A stretch of 64,000 nt of DNA from Candidatus Omnitrophota bacterium (lineage in GTDB: Bacteria; Omnitrophota; Gorgyraeia; Zapsychrales; Fredricksoniimonadaceae). Position 1 is the first letter of the stretch. Each line of letters opens with the position of its first letter. A program made the position numbers and the translations under genes. The stretch spans positions 17,578 to 81,577 of the forward strand of contig JAGWOI010000004.1 in NCBI GenBank assembly GCA_028870995.1. Direction: 5' to 3'. The notes under the pieces were generated by a model. It worked only from the letters and a program-made list of their open reading frames with translations, was not told the origin of the DNA and did not search any database. Below are positions 1 to 8,900 of the stretch, piece after piece.

Positions 1-193
1 TGAATGTATCCCAGCAGGTCTTTACCCAAGAAAGCAGCGCCCCCACCAGTTATCAAGACGCCAACCCTCAGCCGGAGACCCAGGTTTACTGGCAGTATAA
101 AAAGAGGTTTTAAACATTTAAATGTTGTACCCTTTGGTCTAATACGTTAGAATGCGTAAAATTATAACCTTTCATCTATAGTAAGGAGCAGTC

Positions 194-691
194 ATGAAAA
201 AATTTTTACTCGGCGTTGGGATGTTATTGACGATAGGGATGTTCAATGGTTACGTTTGCGCCGATGAGGCGGTGGTGGGGCCGGGCAAAAAAGTGACCTT
301 GGATTATACGCTCACGGTGGATAATAAGGAAGTTGAGACGTCGGTGGGTAAAGAGCCGCTGACCTATACGCCAGGCAGCCATGAGATAATTCCTGGTCTT
401 GAGCAACAGTTGAACGGCCTGCATGTCGGTGATAAAAAGACCGTCCATGTGGCGGCCAAGGATGCCTACGGTGAAGTGGACCCCAAAGCCTATAAGGAGT
501 TCCCCGTTTCTTCGCTTCCCAAGGGATTGACGCCCAAGGTGGGCATGGTGCTGCAAGCCACGGCCCCGGATGGCTCTAAGTTTCCTGCCGTCATCTCTGA
601 GGTTAAAGGCGATAAGATGGTTTTGAATTTCAATCATCCTTTGGCCGGCAAAGACCTGACGTTCGACATCAAGATTTTAAAGATTGAATAA
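194..691 (+). CDS. FKBP-type peptidyl-prolyl cis-trans isomerase (SlyD/FkpA-like) with N-terminal signal peptide
   Basis: Hydrophobic N-terminal leader, then an FKBP fold signature (…GKKVTLDYTLTVDNKEVETS… GSHEIIPGLEQQLNGLHVGDKKTVHV…) with an IF-type insert. AAGGAG ribosome-binding site lies before the ATG. Confidence 0.75.
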   Translation: MKKFLLGVGMLLTIGMFNGYVCADEAVVGPGKKVTLDYTLTVDNKEVETSVGKEPLTYTPGSHEIIPGLEQQLNGLHVGDKKTVHVAAKDAYGEVDPKAYKEFPVSSLPKGLTPKVGMVLQATAPDGSKFPAVISEVKGDKMVLNFNHPLAGKDLTFDIKILKIE

Positions 692-715
692 TTAAACTGC
701 TATCAGAGAGTTAAT

Positions 716-1174
716 ATGCCGGTTAAAAAATCGGATATTAAGCAGTTTTTTCTGGAAACCAGGATCGCTGACGTGATGGCCTCGCCGGTCATCACGGTCA
801 AAGAGACTGATGATTTTGCCCTGGTTCAGGAGAAGATCGCTTTATACGATATCAGGCATTTGCCGGTGGTCAATGACGCCGGCACCCTGGCCGGGCTCAT
901 TTCCCAGCGTGACCTCTATCAAATTCATTCCCCGCGGCGCCTTGATGACGGCACCTGGTACTATGACAAGGAAGCGTTGAACCAATTCCTGCTCACCAAG
1001 GTCATGGTCAAGAACCCTTTTACGTTAAAGTCCGACGATACGCTTTATTCCGCCATGGACGCCATGGCGCGCTTTAAATTCGGCTGTATCCCCATTGTGG
1101 ACGACTACCGTAAACCGTGCGGCATCCTCACGCGTGATACCATCCTGAAGTTCTGTATTTCGAAGGAGGCTTAG
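716..1174 (+). CDS. CBS-domain pair protein
   Basis: Two CBS-like motifs (VMASPVITV…HLPVVNDAGTLAGLISQRD; VMVKNPFTL…GCIPIVDD…GILTRDTI). Tightly coupled to the downstream DUF47/PiT genes. Confidence 0.7.
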   Translation: MPVKKSDIKQFFLETRIADVMASPVITVKETDDFALVQEKIALYDIRHLPVVNDAGTLAGLISQRDLYQIHSPRRLDDGTWYYDKEALNQFLLTKVMVKNPFTLKSDDTLYSAMDAMARFKFGCIPIVDDYRKPCGILTRDTILKFCISKEA

Positions 1175-1176
1175 AG

Positions 1177-1809
1177 ATGATCTTGGATTTTTTATTCCCC
1201 AAGGAATTCGATTTCTTTACCCTCTTTGAAGAACAGGTCAATTATGCGGTGCAGGCTGCCGGTAAATTTAAGGAGATAGCTTCAACACCGGGACTGATCG
1301 AAGAGTCCTCCTATCAGGCCATCCAGCACTTCGAACATAAGGGCGATGACGCCACCCATGCGGTCATCGACCAGCTTAACAAGTCCTTTATCACGCCTTT
1401 TGACCGGGAAGATATCCATGCCCTGACCAAGGAGCTGGACAATATCACGGACGTGATCAACACCATGGTGGGGCGTATCAAGGTCTATAAGATCCCCGGC
1501 GGGGACAAGCATCTGATGGAATTCTCCCGTGTCATCGAAGAATCGGTCCTGGCCGTGGCCAAGGCGGTCAAAGGCATGCGCGTGAGAAAGAACGGTACCA
1601 AGGCGGTCCTTGAGCATTGCGTGGAGATCAACCGCCTGGAAAACGTGGGGGACGCCATGCGCGATGCGGTCTTGTTCGAGCTTTTCGAATCCAAAAGCGC
1701 CATCGAGATCATCAAATGGAAGGAAATTTACCAGGACGCGGAAACCGTTCTGGATATATGCGAAGACGTGGCCAACGTGGTTGAATCCATTTTAGTCAAG
1801 CAGGCTTAA
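1177..1809 (+). CDS. DUF47/PhoU-like (YkaA family) phosphate-transport regulator partner of PiT
   Basis: About 210 aa with a helical PhoU-like repeat pattern. Sits immediately upstream of a PiT permease, the canonical gene pairing. Confidence 0.7.
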   Translation: MILDFLFPKEFDFFTLFEEQVNYAVQAAGKFKEIASTPGLIEESSYQAIQHFEHKGDDATHAVIDQLNKSFITPFDREDIHALTKELDNITDVINTMVGRIKVYKIPGGDKHLMEFSRVIEESVLAVAKAVKGMRVRKNGTKAVLEHCVEINRLENVGDAMRDAVLFELFESKSAIEIIKWKEIYQDAETVLDICEDVANVVESILVKQA

Positions 1810-1813
1810 AGTA

Positions 1814-2809
1814 ATGCACGTGTCCCTGGCGATAGTTTTCCTTATATGTCTGGCGTTGGTTTTTGATTTTTTAAACGGTTTCCATGATTCCGCCAACGCC
1901 ATTTCCACCATCGTTTCCACCAGGGTGCTTTCCCCGCGCAAGGCCATCGTCTGGGCCGCCTTTTTCGAATTCATCGCTTTTTTTTTCTTTGGGCTGCACA
2001 TAGCCAATACCATCGGCAAGGGCATTGTGGACATCCACGTGGTGGACAAGACCTTTGTTTTCGGAGCGCTCATCGGCGCCTGCGGCTGGGATCTCATCAC
2101 CTGGTATTTCGGCCTGCCCACCAGTTCTTCGCATGCCCTGATCGGGGGGATGATCGGGGCGGCCCTGGTCAAGGCCGGACCTAAAGCGTTGTTGCTGTCC
2201 GGTATCACCAAGGTGGTGGTATTTATATTTGTTGCGCCCTGCATGGGGCTGGTGCTGGGGCTTTGTTATGGGATCCTGGTGCATTATATCTGTCATCGGT
2301 TTACTCCCCAAAAGGTCGACCATATTTTCCGTAAAGGTCAGCTGCTTTCAACCGCTCTTTATTGCATGGGCCATGGCGGCAACGATTCCCAGAAAACCAT
2401 GGGCATCATCGCCAGCCTGCTTTTCAGCGCCGGGCTCTTGGGGCCTAAGTTTTATATCCCTCTCTGGGTCGTCCTGGCCTGTTACACGACGATGTCGTTC
2501 GGCATTGCCTGCGGCGGCTGGCGCATCGTCAAGACTGTGGGGCAGCGTATCGTCAAATTGCGTCCCGTGGACGGTTTTTGTGCCGAGACAGGTGCGGCCA
2601 GCCTGTTGTATTTTGCCTCCTTTTTGGGGGTCCCGGTCAGCACCACCCACACCATCACCGGCGGCATCATGGGGGTTGGCGCCCTGAAACGCTTCAGCGC
2701 GGTCAAATGGGGGGTGGCCGGCCGCATTGTCTGGGCCTGGATCTTCACCATTCCTTGTTCCGCCGTTATAGCAGCCGGCGCCTATTTGCTGGCGCGTTCC
2801 GTGCTTTAA
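1814..2809 (+). CDS. pit: Inorganic phosphate transporter, PiT family
   Basis: Multi-TM protein with the PiT signature GFHDSANAI at the N-terminus and a duplicated motif (GNDSQKTMGIIA) in the C-terminal half. Confidence 0.85.
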   Translation: MHVSLAIVFLICLALVFDFLNGFHDSANAISTIVSTRVLSPRKAIVWAAFFEFIAFFFFGLHIANTIGKGIVDIHVVDKTFVFGALIGACGWDLITWYFGLPTSSSHALIGGMIGAALVKAGPKALLLSGITKVVVFIFVAPCMGLVLGLCYGILVHYICHRFTPQKVDHIFRKGQLLSTALYCMGHGGNDSQKTMGIIASLLFSAGLLGPKFYIPLWVVLACYTTMSFGIACGGWRIVKTVGQRIVKLRPVDGFCAETGAASLLYFASFLGVPVSTTHTITGGIMGVGALKRFSAVKWGVAGRIVWAWIFTIPCSAVIAAGAYLLARSVL

Positions 2810-2917
2810 AATCTTCCTCAAATTTTACCCGCACTTAACCTGATCTTAACTTCCGTCGAGTATACTTTGGTTATCCCCAGAAAGATTTAGGAATGTAACT
2901 TATTTAACCGGTGATAG

Positions 2918-5900
2918 TTGCTTATTATGCGTCGGCGCCTAATTATTTTATTTCTTATCCTTACCTTTTCCGTTGAAACTTTAGGCGGGGATGCGGCCCG
3001 GGCCTGGTCGCAGTCTCAAGCTGAAAATGCCGTTATGCTTCCGCCGGGGACCTTGATGTCCATTTCTCCGGTTTTTTCTTTGCCCACCTTAAGAGGCATT
3101 GCCATTGACCCCCACGATCCTTTTAAAATCAATTTTGTCGTTGATAAGGCTGACCAGAATGACCAAATTCAAGGCCAGGTCAATTTGCTGGTGAAGTATT
3201 TTTTAAGCTTTTTGACCATCCCGGAAGAAGATCTTTGGGTCAATCTTTCCCCTTATGAAAAAGGCCGCATCATCACTCCGGATTTCGAGAACACCAATGC
3301 CGGCCGTGACATGTTGGTTGAGGATTACACGCTTAAACAGCTGGCATCCTCGTTGACCTACCCAGGCTCTGATTTGGGAAAAATTTTCTGGCAGAAAATC
3401 TTTCGACGTGCCAGGCAAGAGTATGGTTCCACCGCCATCCCGCTCAATACGTTTAATAAGGTTTGGGTTGTTCCTGACCGGGCCGTGGTGTATGAAGGCA
3501 ACGGCTCGGCCTTCATTGCCGAAAGTCATTTAAAGGTTTTGGTGGAAGAGGATTATTTAAGCATGCGCAAGCATGGCCAAATTGTGCCTAAGAATGACGG
3601 GACTGAAAATTTATCGTCCCAAATAATGCGTGAGCTTATCGTTCCTGAACTGGAACGTGAGGTCAATGAAGGGAAATCTTTTGCGCCTTTACGCCAGATG
3701 TTCAATTCCTTGATTCTTGCCATTTGGTTCAAGAAAAGATTAAGGGAAAACTTGATCGATAAAGTCTATGTAGACCAGGACAAAACTTTGGGCATCGCCC
3801 TGAATGAAAAGCAGGTCAAGGAAAGGATCTATGCCCAATATCTTAAAGCCTTCAAGAAAGGTGTCTATAATTTTATCCAGGAGGATTACGATGCCGCTTC
3901 GCACCAGGACGTACCCCGCAAATATTTTTCCGGCGGTTTCTCCTTTACCAATGCCGCTTCATGCATCAGCTACAGGCCGGCTTCCCAGATAGAGGAGTTG
4001 CCGGAAAACCAACGGCGGTTTAAAGGCGATTTTTCCATGTTCTCCATCGTTTTAAATCCGCTGGGCGTCTCCAAGGCAGCTTTGCTTAAGGCCGATGCCG
4101 CCCAGACCTCGTCTTCGGGAAGGATCAACAAGCTTTTGTATTCCTTTGTTTTTGCCGTTGGCGTGGCGGCGGGCGGATGGATGATGATGCCCGTTTCCCC
4201 GACCGCACCGCCTGCTGTCCCAAGTGTGGCTGCACCGGCGGCGACCAACACAGCTTTGCCTGCGGCAGCAGTTCCTATTCAAGTGACTACTGCCGACAAG
4301 GACGGTCAGATCGAATTTCATAATTTTTCGGACGATGTCGTTCCCATACCAGTGGAGGACCAGCTACTGGCTGAGGACGGCGGGGTGATAAGCGGCCTGG
4401 ACCCGGACAAGAAGGATTATAAGGCCGGGGACGTCATGTTTTCCCTTATAGATCCCCAAGTCAAGGGCCGTATTGAGCAATTGACCAAGGAGCTGGCCAT
4501 CCGCCAAGAAAAGCTTCAGGCTTTACAAAAATTGTTTCCCCAGCAGGCTTCCGGTGAGGAGGTAACGGCCGCGGGCCAGGCGGTGGATGAGATTTCGGCT
4601 GAACTGGCCCATGCCAGGCAGGCCTTGATCACCCGTGTCGCTGTCGCCCCGCATGACCTGAGGGTCAAGAATATGCTGGTGGCTAATGACATGTCCGTGG
4701 CCAAGGGAGGCGAGCTTTTGACTTATTTCGACAAGCAAAGGATCCAGGTGAACATCCAGGTCCCGCCTTCGTTGAACTATTTTTATGCGATCAAAGGGCT
4801 TAAAATAAACGGCCGGCCGGTTGAGAGCATGGTCAGTCTTGACTGGTCCCTGGACCCTTTGCAGAAAAACGCTCAACTCAGTATGATCATGGATGTGCCT
4901 TCCTCAATAGTCACCGGTCAGCCGGCCAAGCTGGAGTTTACTTTTTCAGCACCCGACACAGATCATCAACTCCTGGAGACGGTCAGCGGGCTCGACCAGA
5001 CGTTGGCCAAAGTCAACCGGGTGGAGGCCTATGTTTTAAGGGCGCCTACCGACGGCCCTGTGCAATTCCTGGTCCATGAAGGCCAGCAGGTGGCCAAAGG
5101 CCAGATAGTTGCTGTGGTGGAGAACAAGAACTATATTGAGGAATACCAGAACACCCGCTTGGGTCTCCGCAGCCTTGACATCCAGATAGGTTTGGGCAGG
5201 GACATCGACGGTACGCTGTTGATCAAGCGCGATGAACTGGATCGTTTGAAGGAGCAGAGGGCGGTCTTTTTGGAAAAGCTCAAGACCCTCGAGCAGGAAA
5301 TCCAACTCGATTATGTGCGCGCTCCAAACAGCGGCATTGTCATCAGCAGGGCTGCTTATCAATCGAAGGTATTTAAAGGTCAGGATGAGCTTTTGAGGAT
5401 AGGTACCGGTGAGACGATCGTTGGGAACATCAACGGTCCCAGGGATTTGATTTTGTTCCCCAAGGATTTGGATATTAAGGTCGGGGATCCGGTGGTGGTT
5501 GAAACCCCGCAAGGTGTCAGGCTGCCGGGCAAGGTGACAGCGGTCAATAAAAGTCCTTTTGATGCAGCCCGGGATTTAAGCGCCAATCAGGCCGTCGAGG
5601 TCATGGCCTTTGACCGGCAGAATATCCTGCAACCCAACCTGCCCGTAAATATCATTCTTCCCCAGCAAGGACAAAGGCAGCAAGTGCTGGTGGCATGGGA
5701 CACCGTGGCCCATGAAAACACCGCGGCTGTCCCGACACCGCCGGTCGTTGTCAGTCCCCTTGGGGCGCCCACTGTCGTTCTCCCAGCCCCTGCGGCCGCA
5801 ACACTGACTTCGACACCGGACTTTACCAATGGAGTGCCCCTGTTGGATCTGGCCGGCATTGACCGCCTGGTGGCAGGCAATGAGCTGGTCAGCGGCGCGC

Positions 5901-8900
5901 AGTCCCTTGAAGTCCTTCAGAAAAAGGAAGCGGAGGCGTTCCCTTCTGCCAGCCGGTTCAGCCTGACCGGCGGGGTCTTTATGCAAAACGGCAAACTGGT
6001 GGTCAGCGGCGGCGTCCAGGGCATGCTCAAAAACAGCATCAACGGCGGGCTCTCGTCCGGCAATGCCATCGGTTCCGCTGTCCCCCTGGTCTTTGACCTG
6101 GCCGGCAATATCATTGACGCCATCAGCGGCAAGGTGGTCAAGGAGACTGCTCTGGCCAAGAAAATGACGGAGATTGCCTACCACCATATGCAGGAAACCA
6201 TTATTCAGCAGTCCGTGGCAGGCCAGGATTTGTTGATTGATATCGGGGCGGCACGGCAGAAAATAGGGGAGCTTAAAAAATTACAACAGGATATGCGGCA
6301 GGCCAGGAGTGTCATGAAGGCACGCGAAGAAGCAGGCTTCAGTTTGAAAATCCAGCAGGACCAGCTCGATTACGAAATTCAAGATATCACCAACCAGATC
6401 GAGACCCTGGAAACACAACAGGCCGAATGGAAAACCCAGCTGGACGTTTTGATCAGCCGTACCAGGACCGTCCATTTTGACATGGACATTTCTCCGGTCT
6501 TGCCGTGGGGCAAGGGCTTTACGCCCATCGATGCGGCGACCAAGGAGGCCATGGCCAAGCAGCTTCTTGGTCCCGGCAGCCCGAACCCGCGCATGCAAGA
6601 GGTGACGGCAGCGGACCAGGCGGTGGATATGAGCATCAAGCTGCAGAATTTGGGAAGGCTGCCTTTTATTAATCTAGGCGGCGTTTTTATCAATAACGGC
6701 CATGGGCTTAACCCCTTGTATGATGTTTCGGAACCAGTTACGGGCGAACGCACCGGCAATCTGCAGCAGGGGGCCAATCCGGCGGGGCAGATTGAAATTC
6801 CTCTCATTGACACCGTTCAGCATACCAAGGAAGCTATTGTGGCCCTGGAAAAGCAAAAATCGCAATTGAATATCGATACGGCCAAAGCCGAGTTGGGCCG
6901 CCAGCTTGAGCAGGCCGTGGATGATATCAACCGATTAAGCGCCCAAATCCAACAAACCCAGGAGGCCTATCGGAATGCGGTGGCTGTCTGGGAGGCGAAG
7001 ATCCGGCGTCCTGATTTTTACCTGCCGTATCAGCTGGTGTCTGACCGTCTTGAAATTAATAAACTATGGCAGGAGTTGTGTAACCAAAAAGCGCAATATT
7101 TGAAGGCTGAAACTTCATTAAGGGAGTTGCGCGTCTGGGGCCAGGAAACTTCAAAGGTGCAAGCCGGCCCGATGGATGGACTTCCGGCAGCGGTTTCCGC
7201 CGCCGTGGCGGGAGATTTCAGTGTTGAGGCGCCTTCCTTAATAATACCGTCCTTGCCGTCGCTCAATTTAATGGCCTTCAGTCAGGGAGAGGATACGCTG
7301 GCCCCGGGCATCATCAATTATCACATAGGAGAGGATGTTTCGAGTGCCTGGGCGCTGATGCACGGCAATCCCTCGGGCGCTGATACGCCCCTGGATGCCT
7401 TGAAAAATATTTTGATCAAAGAGCCTAACACTTTTGTGCGTGCCGATGCTTTGAAGCATTTCCTGGCTGAGTATCAAGGGGACAGCCGGTTTTTGCCGGC
7501 GCTTAAAGACATAGTCGAGCGTTCAGCCCATCCGGACGTGGTCTGGGAATTGTTGAAATACATGAGCCAGCGCGAGGACCGCGATCCGCGTTTTCTCGTT
7601 GAGGTCATCGATGAAGGCGAGAACAGCCGCGATCATCTGCTTGTCCGCCTGGGCTTTCAGGCGCTCCGGGATGTTTTGACCATGTACCCGCAGGAGATGA
7701 AAAAATTGAGTCCTGCCGATTTTATAACTTCCGCTCATTCGCCGTATCCTCGGGCGACCATCACCGCGGCCAACAAGGTTTTTCTCACCTTCCTGGCCCA
7801 GGAGCCGGACGATTCCATCGCTGCCGAGCGCCTGGTGCAGAGCGATTTTTGGAGCACGGATGATTTAAAGGACATTTACAAAAAGTTGGAGACGGCCAAG
7901 GACGATCATCCCGGCAGTGCACCTCAAATCGAGGCCCTGGCCCAATTCATCCAGGCCGCTGATAAACGGAAGGCCGCGCTCGACAATATTGACCAGGTCT
8001 TTACCCCCGGGCCCTTTGGCGAGCACGGCGGTGCTGTCTTTCAACGGGACATTATTTCCTATATCCAGATCATGGACAATGCCAGGGAGAGCCAGCGCTT
8101 TCTGAACACCTCGCCGCAATGGGAGAAGATGGCAGCCTTCATCCATCCCAAGCTTTATGCCTGCACCTTAAGCGAAGTCCAACGCCCCGGCCCTGCCGCC
8201 GCTGCTGTCCCTGTGGACCCTGTTTATGATCTGATGCCTTCAACCGCACAGCACCCCGAGCTGGAATATTTTCAAAGTCTGGGGCTTAAGGAACAGGAAG
8301 GATATATTGAACAGTCCCAGGACATTTGCGAATTGAACAGGATCTTGGATCTGAATACGCCCCTGCGCACTGTTGTTTTGGACCGGTTAATGGCATCCAG
8401 CCAGGGGCGGGTGCTGGTGTTAAAAACCTACCTTGGGTCGGATGCCCCTGATCTTTTGGGCCTCATCGAATCACGTTCCTGGGACACGGTTCTGCTGGCC
8501 GACATCCCCAACATTGAGGATGCGGCTTCCAATAGAATCGTGCGTTCGGGGCTGGAGAAAATGTATGACCGTACCGGCCAGGAGAAGTATTTAAATCTAA
8601 GGCTGCTGACGTACTCCGATTTTGAATTGCCTGCCCTCGATGATCCGAGAGGCAAGCGTATCCGAGAGGCTGCCATCCGGCGTGCCGCCGCGATCCGGGC
8701 CCTTCAGGCGTATCAAAAGCATATGGAGGTGGAAGTCCTGCCTTGGGCCGGCTATTCCATCCAGGATGCCAGAACTAAGACCGAGATAGCCAACCTGCAG
8801 CGCATCTTTGTCGAAGAGCCCGACCCCGTCAAGGTGGATGAATATATCGACAGCCACACTGTCCTCTCCCGGCAAGTGCCGCGTAGGATTTTTGATCAGA

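Noticed and set aside
1-113. Partial upstream ORF at the window start (frame ending at TAA 111–113 or 98–100)
   Set aside because: Only ~35 codons are visible and two frames are open, so no product can be assigned.
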